Below, piece after piece: positions 54,477-63,274 of a stretch of 64,000 nucleotides of DNA (position 1 is the stretch's first letter; every line of letters starts with the position of its first letter). The notes below the pieces were generated by a model. It saw only the letters and a list, made by a program, of their open reading frames with translations, was not told the origin of the DNA and did no database searches. The DNA lies in NCBI GenBank assembly GCA_050250895.1, contig JBFWNU010000005.1, positions 1 through 64,000 on the forward strand, written 5' to 3'. A program made the position numbers and the translations under genes. Origin of the DNA: Vulcanimicrobiota bacterium. GTDB lineage: Bacteria; Vulcanimicrobiota; Xenobia; Xenobiales; JADMJV01.

Positions 54477-55937
54477 CTAGCTGCGCCAGAAAGGCTGCAA
54501 CAGGCGCGACCAGTTGCGTTGCTTTTGCTGATATTCCCAGGCCATCTTGTCCAGGCGCTTCTTGGGGATCTGGGTGGCTACCGAGGCATGGGTGGTCGGG
54601 TCGGCCACGTAGAGATAGCCGAGCATGTCGTAGAAGCGCTGCTGGTCCAAGGCTGACTCGCTCCAGTATTTCAGCTGCAGCACGTTGATCTTCTCGGCGG
54701 CCAGGGTCTCGTACCAGCGGGTCAGGGGCAGACCCAGCGGGCGTAGCGACGGCTCGCTGGCCACCAGCACCATGGCCAGTTCGGCGGCGGCATCCTCGGG
54801 TTCGCCGGTGATGGCCAGGTCGGCGTCGGCGATGAGCGCGAAAGCGAACTCTTGCAGCATCGAGAATTTCTCGAGTGCGGCCATGGTCTCCGCCGTCTGG
54901 GCCGGTGGGTAGCGGCGCGAGAGGCGGGCCTCGGCGTCGTCGAAGAAGTCCTGGCTGAGCAAGATCTGGCCCGAGTGGGGCAAGAAGGCGTTGCGCTGGA
55001 GTTCGACCTTCTTATAGACCACCGTCAGGTTTTTGGGCAGTTTGAAAGTGGCTTGCAAAAGCGAGACCATCTGAGCGAAGTTGCCACGTCGCGTCAGTTC
55101 GGTGATGGGCAAGAGCTTGCCCTCGGCGGGAACGAAGGTTAGGCTGCGCGGGTTGGCGGGTTCAGGGGTGACCGTCTGCAAGCGATAGGGTCCCGCGGTG
55201 ACCTGGTGGGCTGCCAGCAGGCGACGCCAGCGGGCTACCTTTTGAGGATAGCGCTCGTGGGCCAGGCGCAGGCGGGTGTAAGGGACCAGCGGGCTGATGA
55301 TGGGGCTCAGTTCGGTGGGGTTCGAACCGTAGAGAAAGCAGAGTATCTTGTAGAAGCGCTGCGAGTTCATCGAGTGCTCGTCCCAGAAGGCCAGTTCCGA
55401 GAGGCGCACTTCGGAGCTGCCCATCAGGCGAAACCAGTTGGCCGCCGCCAGCGACTGTCCGACTCCGTGGTCAGAAAGCGCGTCAAGGCCAATCAGGGTG
55501 GCGAATTCGTCGGCCGAATCCTCTTCACGGCCGACCGCCGGCAGGTCCAGTTCATGAATGAGGGCATGGCCCAGTTCGTGCAGCAAGATGAAGTCGACGG
55601 TGGCTCGCGTCTGTTGCTCGGGGTCGGGCAGGCCCGAGCGGCGGAACAAGTCGAGCAGAAAGGCCACCAGGTTGTAACTGACCGTGATGCGGTGCTCGGC
55701 CGGGCTGTACCAGGCGTTGATCTTGGGGTGCTCTTGATAGACGATGGGCAGGGCCCGGGGCAGCCGGTAGGTGCGGTTGATATAGGCCGGCAGGTCGCGG
55801 TGAAGCGGGTCGGCTTGCAACAACAACCGCATCTGCTCGCCCCGAGCGGTCGTGCCGGGCTGCCACTCCGAGGTGACCGCCGGCTGGGCGAAGGCAAAGC
55901 TGGTGAGTAAGAGCAGAAGAAGAACTCTGAGAAGCAT
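54477..55937 (-). CDS. Secreted DUF4344-like metallopeptidase, tandem domains with the second degenerate
   Basis: Signal peptide; NAWY, HELGHALI, EEDSAD and DEH..QRF; second copy QEFAFALI. Confidence 0.85.
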   Translation of the reverse strand: MLLRVLLLLLLTSFAFAQPAVTSEWQPGTTARGEQMRLLLQADPLHRDLPAYINRTYRLPRALPIVYQEHPKINAWYSPAEHRITVSYNLVAFLLDLFRRSGLPDPEQQTRATVDFILLHELGHALIHELDLPAVGREEDSADEFATLIGLDALSDHGVGQSLAAANWFRLMGSSEVRLSELAFWDEHSMNSQRFYKILCFLYGSNPTELSPIISPLVPYTRLRLAHERYPQKVARWRRLLAAHQVTAGPYRLQTVTPEPANPRSLTFVPAEGKLLPITELTRRGNFAQMVSLLQATFKLPKNLTVVYKKVELQRNAFLPHSGQILLSQDFFDDAEARLSRRYPPAQTAETMAALEKFSMLQEFAFALIADADLAITGEPEDAAAELAMVLVASEPSLRPLGLPLTRWYETLAAEKINVLQLKYWSESALDQQRFYDMLGYLYVADPTTHASVATQIPKKRLDKMAWEYQQKQRNWSRLLQPFWRS

Positions 55938-55969
55938 AGCGGCAGTCTAGCCAGGTCCGTTGTGATTGT

Positions 55970-56443
55970 CTAAACGCTGACCTTGCCTTTGAGCACGTCC
56001 AGGAAGGCGCGCACCAGGTCGCTGGTGCTGAGCACTCCCACCACCACTTTGTCGCGGGTCACCACCACCCGGTGGATGCGAAAGTTGGTGAGGAGTTCGG
56101 CGGCCGCCCGCAGCTCAGCATCCTCTTCGATGTCGAGCACCAGCTTGGTCATGATCTCTCCCACGAATTTGTCGCTGGGGTCGGGCTCCATCAGTTCGAC
56201 GTAACGCCAGGAGGGGTTCACGTAGTACTCGGTCAGCTCGGGGTCGCTGCCTTTAGCCGTCTCGCGGGCGACGTCAGATAGCGAGACCACGCCCTGTAGC
56301 TTGCCTTCTCGGTCGACCACCGGAGCTCCGGTGATCTGCTTCTTGCTCAGCAGAGCCGTCAGTTCCGGTACCGGCATCTCGGGGGTAACGCAGATCGGCT
56401 CTCGTTGCATATAGTCACGAACCTTCATATCGGCTCCCTTCAT
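55970..56443 (-). CDS. CBS-domain protein
   Basis: V.DYM, ITGAPVVD..GVVS.SD and IHRVVV..GVLSTSDL. Confidence 0.9.
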   Translation of the reverse strand: MKGADMKVRDYMQREPICVTPEMPVPELTALLSKKQITGAPVVDREGKLQGVVSLSDVARETAKGSDPELTEYYVNPSWRYVELMEPDPSDKFVGEIMTKLVLDIEEDAELRAAAELLTNFRIHRVVVTRDKVVVGVLSTSDLVRAFLDVLKGKVSV

Positions 56444-57369
56444 TTTCCCACACCTATCTCGAATAGGCCCGTTGAATCGGCTCGGGCGCGGGCCATGCCG
56501 GCAGTGTTAAACGGCATGACCGTGTGTCCCTGGCGGTCTACCGCGATGAGACCGCCACAGTCGTCAGGCAGGCTGGCGATGGCCGCGCGAGCAGCCTCGT
56601 CCAGGCTAACCTGTTGGTAAAGCATGCGGGCGCTGACGTCGTGGGCCAGGGCCCGGCGAATGAACTCTTCGCCGGTGCCGGTGCAAGACACGGCGCAGCT
56701 GGCGTTGTCGGCATAGGTGCCGGCCCCGATCAGGGGGCTATCGCCGATGCGGCCCCAGCGCTTGTTGGTCAGGCCTCCAGTCGAGGTGGCCGCGGCCAAA
56801 TTGCCCTGGCGGTCGCGAGCCACGCAGCCGACCGTTCCTTTTTTCTTTTCTTGCAGCTGAAGGCGACGCTTTTCGGTCGAGAAATAGCTGTTGTCGACTC
56901 GCTCCACCCCGCATTCGGCGGCGAACTCTTCGGCTCCAGCCCCGGCGAGCAGGACGTGAGGAGTATCGGTCATGACGCGGTGGGCCAGTTTGATGGGGTT
57001 CTTGACCGTCTTGACCCCGGCCACCGCCCCGCAGCGATGGTCGCGTCCGTCCATGACGGCGGCGTCGAGTTCATGCTGGCCGGCGGCGTTGAAGACAGCG
57101 CCCTTGCCGGCGTTGAAATAGGGCGAATCTTCGAGCATGGCCACCACCGTCTCGACGCATTCGAGACTCGTGCCGCCCTGTTCGAGAAGGCGGCTACCGG
57201 CGCGGAGCGCGGCTGTAAGGGTCTGTTGATAGCCTTGCAGTTCGTCGGCCGACAGGCGAGCTGGATCGGCGCCCGCGCCGCCGTGGATGACCAGGGCCCA
57301 ATCGGGCGACTCGGCCCAGCCCGGAGCCAGGGCGCACAAGCAAAGCATCAGCATGAGAGAGCGTCGCAT
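56440..57369 (-). CDS. iaaA: Isoaspartyl peptidase / plant-type L-asparaginase with signal peptide
   Basis: IHGGAG, FNAGKG, GTVGCVA, ATSTGG, RIGDSP and TGTGE. Confidence 0.92.
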   Translation of the reverse strand: MRRSLMLMLCLCALAPGWAESPDWALVIHGGAGADPARLSADELQGYQQTLTAALRAGSRLLEQGGTSLECVETVVAMLEDSPYFNAGKGAVFNAAGQHELDAAVMDGRDHRCGAVAGVKTVKNPIKLAHRVMTDTPHVLLAGAGAEEFAAECGVERVDNSYFSTEKRRLQLQEKKKGTVGCVARDRQGNLAAATSTGGLTNKRWGRIGDSPLIGAGTYADNASCAVSCTGTGEEFIRRALAHDVSARMLYQQVSLDEAARAAIASLPDDCGGLIAVDRQGHTVMPFNTAGMARARADSTGLFEIGVGK

Positions 57370-57464
57370 CCCAGGCACTTCGTAACCCGCGACAAACCTC
57401 CCTGGGGCCAGCCGGCAAGCTCTTGGCAACAAATCGTTCGAAGGCTGGCTGATAGACTCCAGCC

Positions 57465-58349
57465 ATGGTCTCGACTCACTACACGCACTATCACTCGGGC
57501 AACACCCAGGATGTCCGCCCCCGTCATCGGGGCGGGCTGGCTCTGATTGGCGGAGGCGCCGATGTGGATTCGGCCTTTCGCTACTTAATCGACCGGGGCG
57601 GAGGCGGCGACTTCCTGGTGCTGCGGGGCAGCGGCGCCGACGGGTATCAGGACTATGTCAGCGAGCTGGGCGGGGCCAACTCGGTCGAAACGCTGGTGCT
57701 TCACGATCACGAAGCGGCCAGCGACCCTTTCGTGCTCGAGCGGATCGAACGAGCCGACGCCATCTTTCTGGCCGGCGGGGATCAGTGGAACTACGTGGGC
57801 AAGTGGAAGGGGACCCCTTTGCTCGAGGCGCTCAATCGGGCTTTGCTCAACGGAGTGCCCATGGGAGGCACTTCGGCCGGGCTGGCCGTGCTGGGCGAGC
57901 ATGTTTTCACGGCCGAGCGCGACACCATCACCAGCCAGCAGGCCATGGCCGACCCCTATCATCCGGCCTTGACGCTAGAGTCGGACTTTCTGAAAGCTCC
58001 CGCTCTGGAGGGTGTCATTACCGACAGCCACTTTTCTCAACGCGAGAGGATGGGGCGGTTGGTGAGTTTCATGAGTCGCCTCGAGCCCTCGACCGTGGGT
58101 ATCGGCGTGGATGAGGCCACCGCCGTCCTGGTGGATGGCCACGGTCACGGCGACGTGGTGGGGGAGGGAGCGGCCTATTTCGTGCGGGGGGACGGGCCGC
58201 CCGAGCATTGTCTGCCCGGAGAACCTCTGACCTTCGAGGGGTTGCACGGCTATCGCGTCGAAGCCGGTCAACATCTCGATCTGCCCCAGTGGACCAGTGA
58301 TGGCACACCGCTGGCGGTCTCGGTCAGAGAGGGCACGTTAGTGGATTGA
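57465..58349 (+). CDS. cphB: Cyanophycinase / peptidase S51
   Basis: LIGGG, FLAGGDQ, GGTSAG, ITDSHFSQRERMGRL and GIGVDEAT. Confidence 0.88.
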   Translation: MVSTHYTHYHSGNTQDVRPRHRGGLALIGGGADVDSAFRYLIDRGGGGDFLVLRGSGADGYQDYVSELGGANSVETLVLHDHEAASDPFVLERIERADAIFLAGGDQWNYVGKWKGTPLLEALNRALLNGVPMGGTSAGLAVLGEHVFTAERDTITSQQAMADPYHPALTLESDFLKAPALEGVITDSHFSQRERMGRLVSFMSRLEPSTVGIGVDEATAVLVDGHGHGDVVGEGAAYFVRGDGPPEHCLPGEPLTFEGLHGYRVEAGQHLDLPQWTSDGTPLAVSVREGTLVD

Positions 58350-58972
58350 AGGATAAAAAGGAGCGGATGCCGGTTGGCGACGCCGCTCGCAACAAGCTGA
58401 TCGCCTATGGCATCGTGGCCGCCCTGGTGGGAGTGATGGCCGTATTGGGCGTGCGCTCGGTATCGGGCCCTCAGCTGTATAAGGGCGACAAGCTCGAGAC
58501 CATGACCTGTCGTCTCTGCGACGGCACCGGCCAGGTCAATGGTGAGCGCTGCAAGGGTTGCCTGGGGGCCAAGAAGGTGAAGGTCATCCTCCCCGGGCCC
58601 GAGCATCCCGTCGAGGTGCGAGGCACGGTGCGCGATGCGAGCGCTTTCAAAGACCGCGAAGAGGCCCAACAGATGGCCGACGCCGAGCCTTACAAGGCCG
58701 GTTTGAACGTGGTCAAGGGTGCGGTCAGGGGGGCGGTCATCCGCTTCGCCGGAGACGACAACACCATCAAGATCGACGGCAAAGCCACCGGCCGCTATCG
58801 CTGCGCCCTCAAGCCCGGCAACTACAAGGTGACGGTCGAGGCCGAGGGGTTCGCGCCCTACCAGCAAGAGCTGACCGTCGAGCCTTTGAAAGACCCGGTT
58901 TGGCCCGATATGCCCGGGGTACCTGACGACGACCATCAGAGCCTCGACCTGAACTTGATTCTCACCCGCTGA
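58346..58972 (+). CDS. Membrane protein with DnaJ-type Zn finger and carboxypeptidase-regulatory-like domain
   Basis: TM helix; CRLCDGTG..CKGCLG; LKPGNYKVTVEAEGF. Confidence 0.75.
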   Translation: MKDKKERMPVGDAARNKLIAYGIVAALVGVMAVLGVRSVSGPQLYKGDKLETMTCRLCDGTGQVNGERCKGCLGAKKVKVILPGPEHPVEVRGTVRDASAFKDREEAQQMADAEPYKAGLNVVKGAVRGAVIRFAGDDNTIKIDGKATGRYRCALKPGNYKVTVEAEGFAPYQQELTVEPLKDPVWPDMPGVPDDDHQSLDLNLILTR

Positions 58973-59022
58973 GTGTCAGCACCTGTCCTGCGTTTTTCGG
59001 TGAGGGGGTTTATACTCTAGGG

Positions 59023-59892
59023 ATGCGCCATCTGCTTTTGTTGTTGCTTTTCACCGCACCGGTTCTGGCCCAGATTTCGCCACCCGACAAGGCCAGGCTG
59101 GTGGGCTCGGACCCGGTGGTGACCTTTCGCTGGCCAGGCAAGGCCAACCAGTCGTATTTCTTGCAGATCCTGGCCGGAACCGCCGAGGCTTACGCCGAGT
59201 CCGTGAAAGGCAATTCGATCCAGCTGCGTCTGCGTCCCGGACCGCTGTATCGTTGGAAGGCCAGCCAGATCGTGGGAGGCGGCTATCGAACGGTGGCGGA
59301 AGGCCAGTTTCAACTCAGCTCGGACCTGGTCTTCGATTTCAACGGTCGACGTGGCCGGGACGGCCTCGAGGCACCTCGGTCAGGCAGCTACAGCCTTCCT
59401 CACGAGGGGGGCAGAGGAGAGGCGGGAGGCAATGCGCCCAACCTGCGCATCGAACTGGTGCCGGGGGAGGAATACACCGCGGTCACCATCACGGGCGCAC
59501 CGGCAATTCGCCGCTTTTTGTTATTGCCCGGCAGCCAGCCTCTGCAAATCTTCGCTCAAGGGGGTGATGGCGGCAGCGGGGGGGCAGGCTCTCAGGGCTA
59601 TCCGGGCTATTTTGAATTCTACAACGGCTACGTCACCTACACGGGCGTGCCGGGTGGAAACGGAGGCCCGGGTGGACCGGGAGGTAATGGGGGCAACGTG
59701 GTGATCGACGGCCCCCCCGACCTGGTCGAGGTCCACAACGAAGGAGGGCGCGGTGGTGAGGGCGGTCTGGCCGGAGCCAGTTCGCGCCCATACAACACGC
59801 CTCCCTACGGCTATAGCTATCCCCAGATCGCCGATGGGCGGCCCGGTCCGGCCGCCCCCGATGGACGCGATGGTGTGGTGACGCGCCGCTAG
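59023..59892 (+). CDS. Secreted protein with Gly-rich collagen-like segments
   Basis: Signal peptide ending VLA-Q; GxxG repeats; TATACT-N6-ATG upstream. Confidence 0.75.
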   Translation: MRHLLLLLLFTAPVLAQISPPDKARLVGSDPVVTFRWPGKANQSYFLQILAGTAEAYAESVKGNSIQLRLRPGPLYRWKASQIVGGGYRTVAEGQFQLSSDLVFDFNGRRGRDGLEAPRSGSYSLPHEGGRGEAGGNAPNLRIELVPGEEYTAVTITGAPAIRRFLLLPGSQPLQIFAQGGDGGSGGAGSQGYPGYFEFYNGYVTYTGVPGGNGGPGGPGGNGGNVVIDGPPDLVEVHNEGGRGGEGGLAGASSRPYNTPPYGYSYPQIADGRPGPAAPDGRDGVVTRR

Positions 59893-60242
59893 ATGTCGAA
59901 AGTGAAGCTGCTGTTGGTGAAGCCGCCGTTTTGCTGCGCGGCCTGATCGAACTGCATGCGCTCGACGGTCCAGCGAACCGGCCAGATGCCGCGCTTTTCA
60001 GAGAAGTGCTCGAAGGTCTGGGTCTCGCCGTCTTGACTGACGGTCACTTTGTCGCGGGTGCCCAAATCGTTGTCAAAGAAGCTGCCAGCCTTGATCTGGC
60101 CCTCGGGTAGGGCGAGGTCGGTGGTCACCTCGTAACGGTCGCCTTTGACGGAGATCTGTTGGGGGTGGTCGGCGGCGGCCTTCTGGATGCCGGTCTTGAC
60201 GGCGTGATAACGAGCGACGATTTCCTGCTTGCTCTGGATCAT
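59889..60242 (-). CDS. Hypothetical protein
   Basis: AAGGAGG RBS; preceded by the direct-repeat promoter. Confidence 0.75.
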   Translation of the reverse strand: MIQSKQEIVARYHAVKTGIQKAAADHPQQISVKGDRYEVTTDLALPEGQIKAGSFFDNDLGTRDKVTVSQDGETQTFEHFSEKRGIWPVRWTVERMQFDQAAQQNGGFTNSSFTFDI

Positions 60243-60263
60243 GGGATCCTCCTTGTCCAGGCG

Positions 60264-60295
60264 AGCCTAAGGCAGTGGCCTTAAAAAATCGTGAC
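60264..60295 (-). promoter_or_regulatory. GTCAC-N6-TTAAG-N10-TAGGCT
   Basis: Read directly on the minus strand. Confidence 0.6.
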
Positions 60296-60703
60296 TAATG
60301 CCTGGCAGAAAGCCTCGACCTCGGCCGGAATTCCCGAACCATAGTTGCTGTGCTGGCGTTGGCCGTTCCAGCCGCAGAGATAGTTGGTGAACCCGCCGCT
60401 ACCCAGATCTTCACCGAGTTCGAGGGTGTAGAACCCGGGAGGGTCAGTGGTAAAGCGAAGGGCCACGAAGTGGGCTTCGGGAGGTTCGGCCGGCGGTGGC
60501 AGCACCAGCACGTGAAGGCCGTTCTGGTGATGGCTAAACGAGAGCGGCGGAGGAGGCAGGTCGCTGGGAGTGGTGTGCATGCCGGCATGGACCCACAGGC
60601 GCCGCAGCAGCGTGGGCTCTTCGAGCAGGCGCCGGGCCGAGGCCGGGTCGGAAAAGACCAGGTCGGGCAGCACGCGGTGAACAAAGGCATAGTGTTGGGT
60701 CAT
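60281..60703 (-). CDS. Hypothetical protein
   Basis: HYAFVHRVLP, P.EPPEAHFV, YTLE and LCGW..HSNYG; start overlaps the upstream stop. Confidence 0.75.
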   Translation of the reverse strand: MTQHYAFVHRVLPDLVFSDPASARRLLEEPTLLRRLWVHAGMHTTPSDLPPPPLSFSHHQNGLHVLVLPPPAEPPEAHFVALRFTTDPPGFYTLELGEDLGSGGFTNYLCGWNGQRQHSNYGSGIPAEVEAFCQALVTIF

Positions 60704-61206
60704 ACCCGATAACCTTCCAATGGGATGCCCGCATCGAAGTGAACCTGACCACCCTCGGTGGTTTCGAAAACATCCAGGAACCGTCCGCCGTGAAGTTTCA
60801 TGCCGAAGGCTCTGGGAGTGACCTTGAGCCAGCCCATGATGCTGTACTCTTCGCTAGCTCTGGTGACCACGTAAGGGCGTTCGAGGGAGCCGTCGCCCGT
60901 GGCCAACAAGGCCTCGCGCAGCTTCTGAGCAAAGTAGAATTCGAGATCGCTCGCTTTTTCGTCGCCCTTTTTTTCGGCCACCACGCCGAGCGCGATGTGC
61001 AGCCCCGGGTTGAGGAGATGGTTGGGAAACTGGGCTCGGGCCATTTCTTCGGCCTCGTCCAATCGCTCGGCTTCGATCAGCTCCCACACCTGGTCGGGAG
61101 CGGCCTGCTCGGGCCGAAAGGCTTCGAGGTCGATTACCTGTTGACGCAGGGTTTCATAGGTGGGAAGCCCCGGCTCGCGCAAGAAGTTGACCACCAGCTC
61201 GTGCAT
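60700..61206 (-). CDS. DUF4919-like protein
   Basis: LLATGDGS.E.PYVV....EEY; VHFD. Confidence 0.7.
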   Translation of the reverse strand: MHELVVNFLREPGLPTYETLRQQVIDLEAFRPEQAAPDQVWELIEAERLDEAEEMARAQFPNHLLNPGLHIALGVVAEKKGDEKASDLEFYFAQKLREALLATGDGSLERPYVVTRASEEYSIMGWLKVTPRAFGMKLHGGRFLDVFETTEGGQVHFDAGIPLEGYRV

Positions 61207-61228
61207 CGTGACGACTTTGCCACCGGGT

Positions 61229-61900
61229 TCAACTTCCCTTCGATGTCAGTATGACCGGGTGAATCGACCGTGGGCTTCCTCCCAGGAGAACGGTCGTCAA
61301 CTGGCCCGCTTCCAGGTCGACTGCGAACGGAGTCAACTCGAAGGTGGAGCCGGCGGGGTGGAGCTGGAACAAGTGGTGACCGGCCTCGAGGTCGAGGATT
61401 TCGCTGCAGTGTGCATATTCCAATCCCGCTATCAGCTCACGGTCGGCCTCCACCAGGTCCAGGCCAACGAGGGTGGGCACCGCGTGCATCACCCGAAGGC
61501 TGGCGTGGTTTTTGTCTGTCCGGACGTGGTCGCGCAATACTCGCAGTTGCGGGCCATAGCCCCTGGCCGAGTGGTATTCTTGCCCTTCAAAACGGGCTCG
61601 GAAGTGGTCCCAGACACCGGTCTTGGAGCGGGCCGACGGCAGGCCGAAGAAGACCAGTGTCATGGGCTGGGCGGGCAGGCCCAGGCGTTGCGAGAGGAGT
61701 GGCCGGCCGGCTTGCTGCAAAGTGATTCGGGTGACCTCGGCGGGGTTTTGCCAGGGCCCGACTGGTTGCCCGGTCGGCAAAGTGACCGTCCGCTCGCCGA
61801 TCGAGACCTTGAGGTCCTGGGCTTCAACCAGGCTGACGCAACGCACGCGGCCCCAGGTTGGGGTGGTGAGCAGACAGAGCACGAGTAACAGCCTAGCCAT
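61229..61900 (-). CDS. Secreted DUF4397-like protein
   Basis: Signal peptide; ASLRVMHAVP..LD, LEY..S..LDLEAG and LEAG..TT. Confidence 0.65.
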   Translation of the reverse strand: MARLLLVLCLLTTPTWGRVRCVSLVEAQDLKVSIGERTVTLPTGQPVGPWQNPAEVTRITLQQAGRPLLSQRLGLPAQPMTLVFFGLPSARSKTGVWDHFRARFEGQEYHSARGYGPQLRVLRDHVRTDKNHASLRVMHAVPTLVGLDLVEADRELIAGLEYAHCSEILDLEAGHHLFQLHPAGSTFELTPFAVDLEAGQLTTVLLGGSPRSIHPVILTSKGS

Positions 61901-63158
61901 CCGTAGCCACCCTTTGCAGCAGATAGGGTCGCCCCAGGAAGATCAGGGCCACCGTCACCAGGAATAATGCCAGCGGAACGGTGGCCGAGATCGCCAGTCG
62001 AATCACCAGGAAGACTCCGACCACCGACCCTACCGCCATCCCCGCCAGGGCGATCCAGGAGTGCGAGTCGAGCTCGTGATAAGCGATCACATTGACCACG
62101 CCGAAAGTCACCAGAAAGGCCAGAGAGGCGGTCTCGACGAGCACCGACAGCGAGCCGGTGGTGGCCAGCACTGTGGCCATGCTTCCCAGGCAAACTACCG
62201 CGAAGCTGGGCACCTCCCGTTCATTGGTCCGCTCGAACACCGCCGGCAGTTCGCCTTCCTCGGCAATGCGAGCGGCGAGCTGGGCGGACGAGAACAGGGT
62301 CGAATTGATGGCCGCCGAGGTAGCCATGGCGGCGGCCACGGTCAGGACGATCAGACCCGGGTAGCCCACTGCCTGATAGGCGGCCAGCGAGAGAGCCACT
62401 TGCTTTTTTTCGATCACGGCCAGGGCCCCCGCCAGGCTGGTCGTTCCCAGGGCCACCAGGACGTAGAGGGCGATCACGAAAACGACGGCGCTGACCACCA
62501 CCGGCACCAGGTACCGCTGGGGGTTCTCGATCTGCTCGTACTCGTAGGCCACCAGCTGAAACCCCTCGTAGGACACGAAAATCGAGGCTGCTCCGATGAG
62601 CGCCGTCCAGCCTGGCTGCGGTTCGATGCCGGCGACCAAATTGACCGGTTGGAAATGGAGCAGGCCGTAGACAGCCAGCGCTGCCAGGACAAACAGGTTG
62701 GCTGAGACAGTCGCGATCTCCAGGCCCTTCATCTTGCCGACGCCGCCCAGATTCAAGCTGATCAGGCTAACCATTGCGAGTAGGGCCAGGCCCCGGGTCC
62801 AGGCCGGACTGCCCCCAAAGGCGTAGGCCACGTACTGCCCAAAGGCAAAGGCATAGAGGGCGATGGTCAGCACGTAGCCCAGCAGCAGGATCCAGGCGAG
62901 CGAGCCGGCCGGTCCTTCCATCTCAAGCTCTTCGAGAAACTCGAAGGCTCCACCGGAGCGCCCAAAGTGATTCGAGAGGCGGCAGTAGTTGATGGCGCTA
63001 GGTAGGGCTACCACGCCAGCCAGTAGCAGGCTGAGCCAGGCCCATTGGCCGGCCAGGCCCACCACCACACCCAGGGCCGTGTAGATTCCTCCGCCGACCA
63101 TACCTCCGGCCACCAACGACCAGAGAGCGATGGGCCCGATCTTTTGCTGGTCGCTCAC
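61893..63158 (-). CDS. APC-family amino acid permease
   Basis: GMVGGGI, SYEGF, SAINSTLFS..LA and GELP; about 12 TM helices. Confidence 0.9.
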   Translation of the reverse strand: MSDQQKIGPIALWSLVAGGMVGGGIYTALGVVVGLAGQWAWLSLLLAGVVALPSAINYCRLSNHFGRSGGAFEFLEELEMEGPAGSLAWILLLGYVLTIALYAFAFGQYVAYAFGGSPAWTRGLALLAMVSLISLNLGGVGKMKGLEIATVSANLFVLAALAVYGLLHFQPVNLVAGIEPQPGWTALIGAASIFVSYEGFQLVAYEYEQIENPQRYLVPVVVSAVVFVIALYVLVALGTTSLAGALAVIEKKQVALSLAAYQAVGYPGLIVLTVAAAMATSAAINSTLFSSAQLAARIAEEGELPAVFERTNEREVPSFAVVCLGSMATVLATTGSLSVLVETASLAFLVTFGVVNVIAYHELDSHSWIALAGMAVGSVVGVFLVIRLAISATVPLALFLVTVALIFLGRPYLLQRVATDG

Positions 63159-63274
63159 GACTTCATGCTAAAAGAAGAACGGCGAGCTCGGCAGAGCCGA
63201 TAGGGTCGTGAGGGGGGCATCCCTATGGGTAGGCCCCAGCGGGTATTTCAACCCACCCGCGAGAATGGCCCGGG

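Noticed and set aside
57427-57458. Direct-repeat box upstream of cyanophycinase
   Set aside because: The -10 TAGACT is present, but the pentamers at the expected positions (CAACA, TCGAA) do not fit; counted only as leaderless.
59023-59892. Phage tail fibre interpretation of the Gly-rich protein
   Set aside because: It has a Sec signal peptide and no phage context.
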